From Selaginella moellendorffii (lineage: Eukaryota; Plantae; Lycopodiophyta): 64,000 bases of DNA. Every line of letters begins with the position of its first letter. Position 1 is the first letter of the stretch. The notes under the pieces were generated by a model, which was not told the DNA's origin, did no database searches, and saw only the letters and a list, made by a program, of their open reading frames with translations. The translations under genes and the position numbers were made by a program. The DNA is taken from NCBI RefSeq assembly GCF_000143415.4, contig NW_003314408.1:62001-126000 (forward strand), read 5' to 3'. This document shows positions 35,101-48,400 of the stretch, piece after piece.

Positions 35101-38100
35101 TGTGAGTGCTTGGAATATGGAAAGGGAATACAAAAAATGTCCATATTAATTAGCCCAAAAACCCTAGCTTATATACAGGAGTGAGTGGTCCAAATTGAAA
35201 CCAATCCAACGGCTACCAAAATCCCACTACAATAATATTAGTATACGGCATCGTAACCGTACACTTGGCCCTCACATCATCCCCTCCTCTCGGGATAATG
35301 GAAGACTATCAGGGTTCTCTTGAAGATGGGCCAGGATCCAAAGGAACATCAGGAGGAGGCATCGGTGAATCTGTAGGTGGTATTAACTCCTCCTGATCCC
35401 TTTGTATGAAGCGTTTCAGCTGTTGCACATGCACAATCTTTGGAGGATCGGCCTGTTGAACGTTATGCTGAACCTCATAAACTTGTGGTCCAACTTGCCG
35501 CAACACCCGATACGGTCCTTTCCATTGCGCAAGAAGCTCTTAGATAAACCACGTAAAGTAAGATGGGGAAAACGAACTAACACCAAATCATCCACTTTAT
35601 ACTCTGCAGGTGGACGATGATGGGAGTTGTAGCGCCGTTGTTGTCCCACTTGTACGCGGCCTAAGTGTTGGGCAGACTCTGCTCGGACAAGTGGAAGAAT
35701 GCTCGTCAAATACTGATCCCATGATCTGGCATCGGCAGCTCGTGGCAATCGCGAAGGTAAACCCAGCTCCATTGGTAATATTGGATCATGACCATATAGG
35801 AGTTTATATGGTGAAGCACCAACAGAACTCTGCACCCCTGTAACATATGCATACCGAAGAGACAGTAAATAACCATCCCAATCCGAATATTGAAAGTTCA
35901 CATAATTCGCAATCATCCCTTTGAATGTCCAGACAAGCCGTTCCACCAGACCGTCTGATTGTGGATGATAAGCACTCGTGAAAGTGTGGCATATCCCCAA
36001 CCGAGACGTCAAAACATGAAATGCCTCAGCCATAAATGCGGGACCATTATCCGAAAGAATCCGCTTTGGACAAGAATGTTGGAACACCACTCGATTGAGG
36101 AGGAAGTATCCAACAACAGTTGCAGAGGCGCTAGCAAAAGCACCAACTTCCACCCAACAAGTCAAGTAGTCAGAAGCAATAATAACATACTCATTGCCAG
36201 TAGTCGACCGTGGAAAAGGTCCCATAAGATCAAATGCCACTAACTCAAACGGACGGGAAACCGCAATTGACTCCAACTGTCCTTCCGCAGCACGAGGGGG
36301 AGTATTACGAGCTTGGCACCAAACATAGCTACGCACATACCGGATAATATCACGTCGCATCTCCGGCCAATAGAAAGACCTGCGCAGCTTCTCGGTGACA
36401 TGACAGTGTCCCATATGCCCACCTAGAACAGGAGAATCATGGTAGGCATGGAGAAACTACGGAATAAACACCGAAGGCACCACCAGCCGCAAATGATCAT
36501 TAGGATCCGTCCCCACAAAATAAAGAAGGCCATCTTCAAAGCGATATTGAGAATGTAAATGCCAGAAAGGCAAGTCATCAGCAAGTGATGCAGGATTCTC
36601 AAACCCATCTCGAAGCCTTCGAATCCATGGCTCAATCTTTTGAGCCTCGCGAACCTCATCAAGAGAAGGTAGATCTTGCTCTGCACCTTGTGGACACTGA
36701 ACGTCAAGGACAGCAACCGCCGACGGCACAGAATCCTCATCTAGAAAATCCACAGATGCCGGAACAATAAGTTCGTCAGAAACATGAGAAGTGAGTGGAG
36801 AAGGAAGAGGAGCTCGAGAAAAGGCATCAGCATTAGCCATAGAACTCCCTGGGCGATGAACAACATCGAAATCATATATCTGAAGCTTCAAAGCCCATCG
36901 AGCCGTACAACCAACTAGGTTCTTCCACTTCAATAATGAAGTAACAGCAGCATGGTCACCTTCAAGTAACGTCCGAGAACCATGTAGATATGCATGAAGT
37001 TTCTTGAAACCCCAGACTGCTGCTAAACATTCCTTCTTCGTCGTGGAGTAGTTCATCTCCGTTGGTTGTAATGTACGGCTTATGTATGCAATGGGATGGC
37101 ACTGACCAGGCACACTCGAGCTCTCTTGCATCAACACACCTCCAAGACCAATGTCAAAAGCATCCACGCGCAAAATAAAAGGTCGAGTGTAGTCAGGATA
37201 TGCCAAAACTGGAGGAGTCGTTAATAGCTCTTTGAGATCCACGAACGCCCGCTCACAATTCGGAGACCAGATGAAAGATGACGTTGATGACTTTAGCAAC
37301 GCTCGCAATGGTGTAGTGCGATCGGAAAGATAATCCACAAAACGACCGAGATACTGCACCTTACCCAAGAAGCGCTGCACATCATTCACACACTTCGGAG
37401 TAGGGAACTTTAGAACAGCCACAAGTTTGTCAGGATCAACTTGCAAACCCTCACAAGAAATACGGTACCCAAGATAAGTTGTGTCCTTGGACTGAAACAC
37501 GCACTTTGACCACTTCAGCTTTAAACCAACGTCGCGTAACCGATCCAACACTTTACAAACATCACGAACGTGCTCCTCCCACGTCCCCTCCGAGTGGATC
37601 AAGACATCATCAATGAAGTCAGCAGTCACCTCCGGCATATCGCAAAGAACCTCGTCCATCATCCGCTGGAAAGTTGCTGGAGCATTGTTCAAACCAAACG
37701 GCATCACCAAGAACTCATACAAACCAAATGATGTATGAAAAACAGTTTTAAGAATATCTTCTTCAGCCATCGGTACTTGCCAATACCCAGAAGTAAGATC
37801 TAGCTTGGTGAACCAACGACTTCGCCCCAGACGATCCAAGAGATCAGCAGTGTGAGGAAGAGGATACACATTTGGGATCGTCACTTCGTTTAACGGATGA
37901 TAGTCAATGCAGAAACGAACACTCCCATCAAACTTCGTCACAAGATGAGGTTCACATGCCCAAGGACTCCGCGACTTCCGAATAACACCCTTCTCCAGTA
38001 TTTCCTTGACGTTTGCTTGTAAAATCTTGATCTCCTTAGGTGACCGACGATGAACAGGAACCTTGATTGGACGAGCATCCCCAGTTGGAATCGGATGACG

Positions 38101-40109
38101 TGTGGCAATCTTGGGCCCAGATGATAGGTCAAATTCAAAGAGATCAGAATACTCCTTCATGAGCCGGTCAACTACTGCAACACAAAGATTGTCGGAGGGA
38201 TCGGAAAAGGGAAAAGCAGAACAAGATGAAAACACAGAAGGAAAGAGTGGGGGAACAAAAGTAATGGAAGCAAAGGTAGAAGTAGAGGGACAAAGAGGTA
38301 TGAAAGTGAGAGGAATGGATGAAACATAAGGAAATATGAGACAAGGGGGAGAAGCCTCAAAGTCACACTTGGCATGATTGCATTGCAACCAATCCATACC
38401 AAGAATGAGGTCAAAAGCTTGACTCGGCACCACCCGCAACGACTGCAACTCAAGCTCGTGATCACCCACACGCACAACCAGGTCCACCTCATCCCATGCA
38501 CATACATGTGTCCGTTGCCATAAAGAATGAAAACTGGTTCCGCAGCACGACGCAAGTGTAGACGACAACGTGTGGCAACAGGTCGAGCAATAGAAGATAA
38601 ACTCGAACCTGTATCAACCAACACGGAGAGAATAATAGGAGACCTCTTGTTATAAAAACGAGCTTGGAAAGTAAACACTGGATGAACCGGTGCCGAGTGA
38701 ACCCCTTGATGATACTCCTGAAAGAAAGATGGAGGGGTCACTGATTTATTCGCGCAAGGTCCCTCCGTTACTCGCGCGACTCCTCGTATCCCGGAGGCAT
38801 CTTGGTGTCCAGACCTTCCACTGCAACAGCACCCACGGGACGTTGCTGACGCCAAGGTCTCCACCCAGGAAATGGAGGTCGCCAATCCGGAAAACGACGG
38901 CAACGCCGATAAATATGACCAACTTCATCACACGCCCAGCAGCGAACATCACAGCCACGACCACGTCCTCGCACTTGTCCTTGGACTCGAGCAATAGCAG
39001 CATCAACCTCAATTGGAATAGGACCATCACCCATAGGAAGTGGAGCGGAAGGACGTGCAACAAAAAGTGGAAGAGGCGATGTCTCATAACGTTGTGCCAA
39101 GTGAAGAGCATCATCAAGGGTGGCAGGAGCAAGTGCATGCACAAGTCCGACAAGATCTTGACGAAGTGCTGGCCACAACATTCCTAGCTTGATCCACTCC
39201 AACATATTTGGCTCCGCACAAAACAAAAGACTTCGGAAATGAATGCCAAATTGCATCACCGACTCAGATGGCCCTTGGCGAAGACGATGCAATTGTTGGA
39301 AAGCATCATCATAATCATCAGCATGTCCGAAGGAGCATTTGAAGACGTCCGGGAGAACACTCTAATCCCCACAAGTGGCTACGCTCAAACCATTGTACCA
39401 CTGCAATGCCATCCCTTGGAGACATGTGGGAAACTCACGCAAACGTCGAGCATCATCTCAAGAATGATATGTGGCAATCACCGTGAAGTGATTGAACCAA
39501 TGGTACACATCATCCCCAGGATTCCCGCGAAAGAACTCCAGCCGAACGCGAGGATTGGCACCAAGAGCAGGAGGAGTTGTACCACGTGCCGTGAATGCCA
39601 CCATCAACTGAGTTTGGTTGTTCAATTGCAAGTGCATAGCATCAAGCAATTGTACCAACTGCTGCTCTAGAGTCAAAGGAGGAGATTGCTGATCTAGCAT
39701 GAAGATAAACGAAAAAGAAAGAGCAAAAGAAGAAAAATGACAAAAAGCTAGAAGGAAATGGTAGATCTAGACAACACAAAAAGCTAAATCTAAACCAAAA
39801 CCCTGAAAAGAAAGAACAAAAGAAAAGAAATGGAAAAAGTTAGATATAAATGATGCAAAAGTTAGATCTAAACCAAAATCCCAATTTCAAACACTCCTTA
39901 GGGACAATCAAAGGTGCCCCTCACCTTCACTAATGTGAGTGCTTAGAATATGGAAAGGGAATACAGAAAATGTGCATATTAATTAGCCCAAAAACTCTAA
40001 CTTATATATAGGAGCGAGTGGTCCAAATTGAAACCAATCCGACGGCTACCAAAATCTCACTACGCTAATATTAGTATACGGCATCGTAACCGTACACTTG
40101 GCCCTCACA
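35101..40109 (-). mobile_element. Element C: full-length short-LTR Ty3/Gypsy retrotransposon without a chromodomain, with stops and frameshifts
   Basis: 176-bp LTRs 35101-35276 and 39934-40109 (tgtgag...ctcaca; about 11 differences by eye). TSD AAACC at 35096-35100 and 40110-40114. PPT gagaggaggggatga. gag with CWACDEVGHIYRRC, protease VDTGSS, RT FIDD, RNase H ...ADAFSR, integrase H..GH/C..C and FDLMGPFP...SDNG...E. Confidence 0.95.
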
Positions 40110-40390
40110 AAACCTTATAAAAGTAAAATTTATTAACAGTTTAATAATTTAGAAAATGAATATACATATATTGCTGTTACTTTTTATTAAGTTGCTCTTT
40201 TGAATAACATTACTATCTACTATGAAATAAATTTAAAAATGGATTTTCTTATTCCAAATAATTAATATAAACTTTTTTTACAAAATGTAAACACCATCTT
40301 AAAATGATCAGGTTCCATTTCGATTGGCAAAATAGTCATTTATAGAACCAACATACTGAAAATATTGATTTACATTCTTTGGACTTTTGG

Positions 40391-41495
40391 CAGGGCGATC
40401 TTGAAGATCGTGCTGGCAGCTCGTGGGGATTGCTGCTTGGATTAGATGCCGCCCAGATGACACCGAATTTAGGGCTTCTGACTGGCTTCTTGTGTGACGC
40501 TCTAGCAGCTTGACGATCCGATTTCTGTGGTAAGCAAGCATTAGCTCTTTTTCTTTTTGTCTTTGCTGCTTGCTGATGGTACTGGAATGAAATGCGTGAT
40601 CTATTCGAGAAAGAGAGAAAAATGGCAACAAGGATGAAATACAATGCACGAGAGAATGAAAAAAGAGAGAAAAAATGGTGAATGCTGTGGGTGCAATGTA
40701 GAGCTGCCGGTGCCAATGCAAGAACACTTTCTGCTATCCAGGCCATCATGCCAGGCATAGTCTAGAGGAATCTGCTTGCAAGTCCATGGACCTCCTCAAA
40801 GACCAGGGAGCCCCTACGCAAAGCTTGGGATTGCCTATGAAACTCGAGTTGAACATGGGGACTTCCAGTGCTTGTGGAAGCACTCCAGAAAAATTGTTAT
40901 ATGAGACGTTGAAGAGCAGGAAATCTTTGACCCTCATTTTTGTCAGCACTGGAGGAATGTCGACGCTGAGCTTGTTCCTGGACGAGTTGAGTGACACCAT
41001 CTTTACGATCGAAGGTGGTATGGAACCGGACAGTGATGGACAAGTCAAGGATGGTAAGGCTGCTCAAGTCTCCGATGTTGCTCGGAATTCCACCTTCCAG
41101 ATAGTTTGATCACAACAGCAACTTTGAGCACAGACTGTCCGGTATGGTACCTGAGAGCTTATTTCCATACGCCCTGAACTCACTCAGTACTTGCAGCTTG
41201 TCAATGTCCGTGGGAATCGTTCCAGTCAACTTGTTGTTGTGGATTCTCAACGTCTGGAGATTAGTGAGCTGCGACGGCACCAAGCCTTTGAAATAGTTAT
41301 CGTAAATCTCCAAGATACGAGGCAATCCCAAAGACAGCTTGTTGTGGTCGAACGGACTTGCAGTCCTAGTAGACCAGGATTCCTCCAGAGAGGCTGTTGT
41401 TGAAGAGATGAGCTTCTGGAGTCGGCCCCCAGTGCACGAGCCGCTTGAAACCGCTTCGGTGAGAAGATTTGTGGAGATGTCGAATATCTCAGTTC
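40391..41495 (-). pseudogene. Heavily deleted partial duplicate of the neighbouring LRR-XI receptor kinase
   Basis: Blocks match 45590-47690 (e.g. GVLPQALEVPMFNSSFIGNPKLCVGAPWSLRRSM), including the intron, with many short and long deletions. Confidence 0.9.
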
Positions 41496-41582
41496 CCTTT
41501 TGTGCCTACCAACCCTTAAATTTTCTTATCTATAAAATAGAAAAATGTATATTCATGAAGAGGGTTAGGATTTCCACAACAG

Positions 41583-42116
41583 ATGAGGATCTGTTTGTTC
41601 GAGTATTACCTGCTTGCACAACAGTGCTCCCCTCTGATCGAGGAGGCCTTTGATTATCTGGAGCACGACGAGCCTCCGCCAATGGACGACGAACTTCCTC
41701 CAAACCCATCATCACCTCCAAAGAGGCAACGCAAGGAACAAGAGCCCCGGGCCGCCAAGGCACGAGAGGTGCCGCCTCCAGTGGCCACACAGGATGATCC
41801 GGATGAAGATCGGGAGCTCCAGGCAGCGATCGCTCCGGCTGTGAAGAAGAAGAGGGGGCGGCCCCCTGGGAAAGATAACCATGCAGTGTTCCAGCCCGCC
41901 CACGAAGGCCTTCCCACCAGCGATGATCTTGAGCTAGCAAAATCGATCAAACCGCCTTGCAAGACTTGTGGCGAGCCCTCCAGTTTCAACGATTTTAACA
42001 ACAAGAAGATCACGCAGCCGCGATACAAGTGTAAAAACAAGGTCTGCTGTAAGCGTGACTCCAAGTTCCTGTTAAAGGACGAGAAGATCTTGAGGGAGCT
42101 TGGTTTGATCATCTAG
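41583..42116 (+). CDS. Small protein (177 aa) with an AT-hook (KKKRGRPPGK) and a divergent Dof-like C2C2 zinc finger
   Basis: Intact ORF. CKTCGEPSSFNDFNNKKITQPRYKCKNKVC resembles the Dof core CPRCxSxxTKFCYYNNYxxxQPRYFCKxC. Confidence 0.6.
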   Translation: MRICLFEYYLLAQQCSPLIEEAFDYLEHDEPPPMDDELPPNPSSPPKRQRKEQEPRAAKAREVPPPVATQDDPDEDRELQAAIAPAVKKKRGRPPGKDNHAVFQPAHEGLPTSDDLELAKSIKPPCKTCGEPSSFNDFNNKKITQPRYKCKNKVCCKRDSKFLLKDEKILRELGLII

Positions 42117-44838
42117 AGTAATTATTAAATATGATAGTTTTCATTACTAGCTTTAGTTAGTGAGCACATGGACCTTTATTTTCCATCTGGTAAACTTCAA
42201 CCTTTAAAAACTGAATAGATGATTATTTGAAAATACCCTCCCAAGTCATTGGTATGATGAAGGTAAATTAACTAAGAAAGTTTATCCCAAAGATGCTCAC
42301 TTTCAATTACAAAGATGCATGAATGTATGATGAGGGAAAAAAACATAGGTGTGACTTTATGTTTGCAGGAGACTTCAACTGAAGTGAATATAAAATAGTT
42401 TTAAGAGTGAGGTACAAACAACCACGTTGAGATAGTAAACGTTCAGTAGAGATCTAGTCAAAACCACATGCAATTTCTTAAGAAAGCTCTAGTACTTCTA
42501 TGAAAAAATTATTGTCTCATAGAGTCTTGACGAAACAGATGTGAACAAGACGTTTTCTCTTCGCCATCAAAGTTTGATCCTTTGTGTTGATGAAATTGGC
42601 AAATTTCTGACAAATTTATTTTAACTTATGAACACCAGACCATTTGTGTTTGTAAAATTTACCAATAGTAAATTTTTTTATTGAAATAATAAACTTAAAA
42701 TATTAATAATTTGTTGTGCATTGTATGAAGTAACATTTGGTTTGCTAATAGTAATGTTATTCCTATTTATTAATCCAATTGATGCTAATGAAAAGAATAT
42801 TGTAGAAGTACATTCTAAATTTTTTAACATTACATCATAATCTTATTGCTAATAAAAATTAATTATTGATTATATAAAGCTGACATATTAAAAATATTTC
42901 TAAATATTTAGGTAAATAAAATAAAAAATAAAATAAAAATTGAAAATATTATAATATTTCAAGAAAAAGTCTTACAAAATCTAATTAGAATTGAAACAAA
43001 TTATAAATAAATTATTTTGTAATATTTCTTGTCTTTAGTTTTAAGTCAAATTTACATTTACAATAATAAAAGTATAAAGGATTAAATAATATATAAAAAT
43101 TCACTCTTATAATGTAAGCTTATGAATTTAAACTTTTCAAAATGTCACCTAAACCAGTATTACTTAAACCCAAGCAAAGATGCTTAATTATTAAAAACTT
43201 TAACTGATTAAAAAATGGGTACAATTTTTTTTATAAACCTTTTATTTTACATTTTAACTTTTATCGACCATATTTCAAATTAATGTCTTTTTTTTCTTAC
43301 AAAATACTAATGTTATAATTTTTTATGTAGTTTGTGCTATTGCAAAGTAAAAAATCAATATTTAAATTGATCTGTACAAAATTTATTTCAATTAAAGTTT
43401 AAGATTATCTTCACTAATTATTTTATTGTAATTATATAACTGGAATATAAATAATTGGGATAAATACCTTTATATATATTATTGGACAATTTGATCCACT
43501 ATTAAAGGCTTGAATAAAAATTTGCCATTTATTACACCTAGTAAGGAATCATATAATAATTTCTAGATATTATATATTTTAAGGTATATAAATAAATGTG
43601 TGTGTATAAATATAATACTATAAAGTAAAGACAGGAAAGAAAGTAATCTATCCAGGTGCATGATTGAAGAGTAAGGTTTTTTAGCAATGCCTTTCTCTAG
43701 TGTTTAGGATTATGCTTTTCTCCTTCATTCTTCTTCAGAGCAAGCATATAAGAAGATTTGGGTAAAAAAGATAAAGACATTTAAACTTTTGGAACTTCAT
43801 GTTTTGTTGATGAGTTGCAAAATGGAAGAATATGAAACCATAAGACTATACTGATCTATTTCACCACTGATGCATTTACAGATCTAAATGAATATTTACT
43901 AGAAATTTTATATTCAATGACTGACTCTAGCAGATTTAAAATTGTAGAATATAAAGTTTGTAAGTTTTGTATTTACACATTTAAGGTCGTGACTTTAAAT
44001 GCAAATCTTACTGAGAATACAGAATTGATAATGATAAGGTTTTTACCTTTGGAAATAAACACCACATACCTACTATACATTGGCCACATACAAAGCACAT
44101 AAACGTACATTCATATGCCCTTGTATTGTGCATCTTCTCTATGATAAAAGAGGATAGATTACAACATTTTAACAGAAAAGATTAAACTAAGTGGTATAAA
44201 CCAACTCTTCCAATGAATGCTGATAATACACCTTAAAGGAAAGATAGATACCTGAAATTATAATTAATTTTTGTAATTATAATTAAACATATGGCATTGG
44301 TTATGATGAGAAAGATTAATGCAATTAGAAAGGTTACAAGGGAATCATCTTTATTCAGCTTTCGAATAATCTGGTAGACGTTGTGGTGAGCGGACCCAGG
44401 AGGCGGTGCTCTATGTCGTGACTGCTCACGTTAAGGAGACACTATGCAGGTGAATAGGGAGAGGAAGGTGGTGAAGGGTGTCTCGGGAACAGCCAGCATT
44501 CCAGTGAGTCTTGCTTTTCAATTCTTCTGTGGCCTGGGTTATCAGGCTCCAAGCAAAAGAAGACGAACTTGGGATTGGAAAGGATGACAACATTTTGGCA
44601 TGGCCCTCAAGACCAACGTATGATCTATTTAGGAGGCTCCCAAGGGTGTCAAGAAGTCCCAGCAGGAGCGATTTCCAAGCTCAGTTTTTGTATTTATTAA
44701 TTTGATAAAGACAAACTTTATTCAATACATTTTCTTAAACCGCTTTATCTTTAAAATTGAAATAGAAACCACCTTTAAAACGCTGGGTATATATATATAT
44801 ATATAGGGTTAGGGTTTCCACAACGGTCGAAGTGGAGA

Positions 44839-45413
44839 ATGAGGATCTCGTCCAGGGTTGCGAAGCAGTGTTCCCCGATGACCAGGGAGGTCTCCGATTA
44901 TCTGGAGCACGACGAGCCTCCGCCACTCGAGCTTCCCCCAAATCCACTATCGCTCCCATGGCGCTCGGCTTCCAGGACACGAGAGGAGAAGATTCAGCGT
45001 TTGGTAGCGCCCGCGCCTCCAGCTTCCAGGCCACGGGAGGAGAAGATCAAGCCTTTGGTAGCGCCCGCGCGTCCAGCGCCCACCGCGATGTTTGAGGATG
45101 ATCCGGATCAAGCTCGAGGTTATCGGCCGGCGATCCCTTCGGCAGTGAAGAAGAGAAAGAGGGGGCGGCCCCCTGGGGGAGAGAACCATCCGCCGTTCAC
45201 GCCCGTTCATGAGGGCCTTCCCGACAGCTGGGATTTCGAGCGCGCTCGATCGATCAATCCGCCTGTGGCGAGCCCTCCAGTTTCTGCGATTTCAACAACA
45301 GGAAGATCTCGCAGCCGCGATACAAGTGTAAGAACAGGGCCTGCCCTGCGAGAGCATCCAAGTTCCTGTTAAAGGACGAGGGTCTCTTGCGGGAGCTTGG
45401 TTTGATCATCTAG
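44839..45413 (+). pseudogene. Paralog of the AT-hook/Dof-like gene with a frameshifting deletion of about 10 nt at the first CxxC
   Basis: KKRKRGRPPG, then ccgcctgtggcgag (versus ccgccttgcaagacttgtggcgag in the other copy). The alternative frame reads CGEPSSFCDFNNRKISQPRYKCKNRACPARASKFLLKDEGLLRELGLII*. Confidence 0.7.
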
Positions 45414-45491
45414 ACATCCACTTTGCTACTATGTATGTAAGATACCTTCATTTGGAAAGGAATGTTCCGTAAAGATGCGTGCGCATATTCT

Positions 45492-48400
45492 CTACATTTT
45501 GGGGGGATTCGAACCGGGGTGGGCATCCAGGAGCATTTGCACCACGTCGCGCATGGATGGGCGGGAGGAGGCTAGGGCATTGGTGCAGCGCAGGGCGATC
45601 TTGAGGACGAGGAGGAGATCGCGCTGGCGGCAGCTCGCGGGCGAGAGGCGGGGATCGATGACGGCGTCGACGCCCTGCTTGGATTGGATGCTGTTGCACG
45701 CCCAGGTGACGATGTCCACGCCGTTGTCGCCGAATTCAGGGCTTCCGACCGGCTTCTTGCCCGTGACGAGCTCTAGCAGCACGACGCCGAAGCTGTAGAC
45801 GTCGCTCTTCTCGTTCACTTTCATCCGGTGGGCGTACTCTGCCAAAATAAATGGTAAGCACAAGCATTAGCTCTTTCTTTTTTCCTGTGCTTCTTGGTGA
45901 TGCTACTGGAAGAAATGCGTGATCTATTCTCTTGCTTTTCTTTCTTGCCTGCATGAAAAAAACGGAAAGCGGAGGAGAAAAATGGAAAAAAGGAGGAGAA
46001 AAATGAAATAGCTTGCAATGCACGAGAGAGAGAAAGAAAAACGAGGAGAAAAAAATGGTGAATGCTATGCATTTGGATGTTGAAGTTCTCGTGAAAAATG
46101 CGATGGATGCTATATGACTAAAGATACGTACCGGGTGCAATGTAGCCATGAGATCCTGCAAGGACCGACATCGAGAACTCGGTGGAGGAGTTGCTCCCGA
46201 CGAGCTTTGCGATGCCAAAGTCAGCTAGTAGTGCGTCGTACTCGTCGCTGAGAAGGATGTTGTTCGACTTGATATCACGATGGAGGATGGCCGGAGCGCA
46301 GTCGTGGTGCAAATACGAGAGCCCCTGTGCTGCGCCGAGAGCAATCCTGTACCGAGCTGGCCAGTCGAGAACTCCAGAGATTTTTGTGCTGGGGTGGTGC
46401 AGGACGTCGCCCAAGCTGCCATTTGGTACGTACTCATATACTAACAGGTTGGTTTCTCCATTCGAGCAGCAGCAGAGAAGCCTAACGATGTTGAAGTGTC
46501 GAATTCTTCCCAGGATGTTAACCTCAGTGTTGAAGCCGTAGTCGTTCCGGATCTCCGCTTTGTCACAGGACCACAGCTTTTTTATTGCGAGGTGGCTATA
46601 CTCGTTGTTGCTCTTTAACGTTGCCTTGTAAACTTTTCCAGCACCTCCGCTGCCGATGACATTTTCTTCGTCCAACGATCTCATAACGTCGTCCATCGTG
46701 AACGTGAGTTTTTGGAACGGGGTCATTGTCCATGGCTCCTCCTTGCACCCGTCCCTCGTTTTCGATGGCTGATGGCATCTTTTGTACAGATAGTATGAGC
46801 ACAGGGCTGACGCTGCCGCTGCCGACGCAAGAACACTTCCTGCTATCCAGGCCATCATGCCAGGTTGTTTGCGGAGTCTAGAGGAATCCGCTTGGCAGTT
46901 CATGGACCTCCTCAAAGACCAGGGAGCTCCGACGCAAAGCTTGGGATTGCCTATGAAACTCGAGTTGAACATGGGGACGTCCAGTGCTTGTGGAAGCACT
47001 CCGGAAAAGTCGTTATACGAGACGTTGAAGAGCAGGAAATCTTTGAGCCTCATTCTGGTCAGCACCGGAGGAATGTCGCCGCTGAAGTTGTTCCTGGAGA
47101 GGTCCAGCGAGTTGAGTGACACCATCTTTACGATCGATGGTGGTATGGAACCGGACAGATGATTGTTGGACAAGTCGAGGATGGCAAGGCTGCTCAAGTC
47201 CCCGATGTTGCTTGGAATTTCTCCTTCCAACTGGTTTGATCCCAGCAGCAATTTTGACATCGAGGAGCACTTACACAGATTGTCCGGTATAGTACCTGAG
47301 AGTTTATTTCCGTATGCCGTGAACTCATCCAGTACTTGCAGCTTGTCAATGTCCGTGGGAACCGTTCCGGTCAACTTGTTGTTGTGGATTCTCAACGTTT
47401 GGAGATTAGTGGCATGCCCGAGCTGCGGCGGCACCGAGCCTTGGAAGCTGTTGTCGTAAATTTCCAAGATGGTCATACGAGGCAGTCCCCACATCCCGCT
47501 CGGAAGCGCTCCAGACAGCTTGTTGTGATACATTCGGACACGAACGAGAGACTCGCAGTCTTCGTAGGCCGACGGGATTCCTCCAGAAAGGCTGTTGTTG
47601 AAGAAGATGAGCTTTTGAAGTCGACCCCCGGTGCACAAGCCGCTTGGAACCGCTCCGGTGAGAAGATTTGTGGAGACGTCGAATATCTCGAGACTGGTGT
47701 GAAGTCCTAGCTCGGCCGGTATGATACCTGTGAGCTGGTTGCCAAACAGGGAGAGGTCGTATAACTTACTCAGACTGGCCAGGCCTTGGGGGATCTCTCC
47801 GGTGAGACTATTGTTCCAGAGGTGGAGGAGTCCAAGATTGGGAATTTTCGCAAGCGTGTCCGGAATGGAGCCATTGAGAAAGTTGCTGTTGAGGTCGAGG
47901 TCCGTGAGCGATACCAGGAACTCCACCTCGGAAGGAATGGGGCCTGTGAGCTTGTTGCTGTAGAGTTCCAGGGATGTGAGTTTTGGGAGGTGCATTATGG
48001 AAGATGGAATGATGCCCGACAGAGAATTCCATGTCAGCTCCAGAAAGTCGAGATTTTTCAGCTCTCCAAGCCAGTCGGGAATGCTGCCTGTGAGCTGACA
48101 GCCGCCACACTTGAGGGACTGGAGGCTCTTGAGGTGGCGAAGCTCTGGTGGCAAGGGCGTGGTGAAAGGATTGTAGGAGAGCGTGAGATTGGTCAGCCTG
48201 GAGAGCTTTCCCAGTGCCGGGGATATCGTCGTGAGAAGGCACTCCCACACGTTGAAGTATTGGAGCTGCGAGAGATTCCCGATGTCGTCCGGCATGGGAC
48301 CTGTGAAAGCATTGCACTCGAGGTCGAGATACTCCAAGGAGCGCAGGGACGAGATGTTGTCCGGCAACGGGCCGAAGAAGTTATTGTAGCTGAGGTCCAG

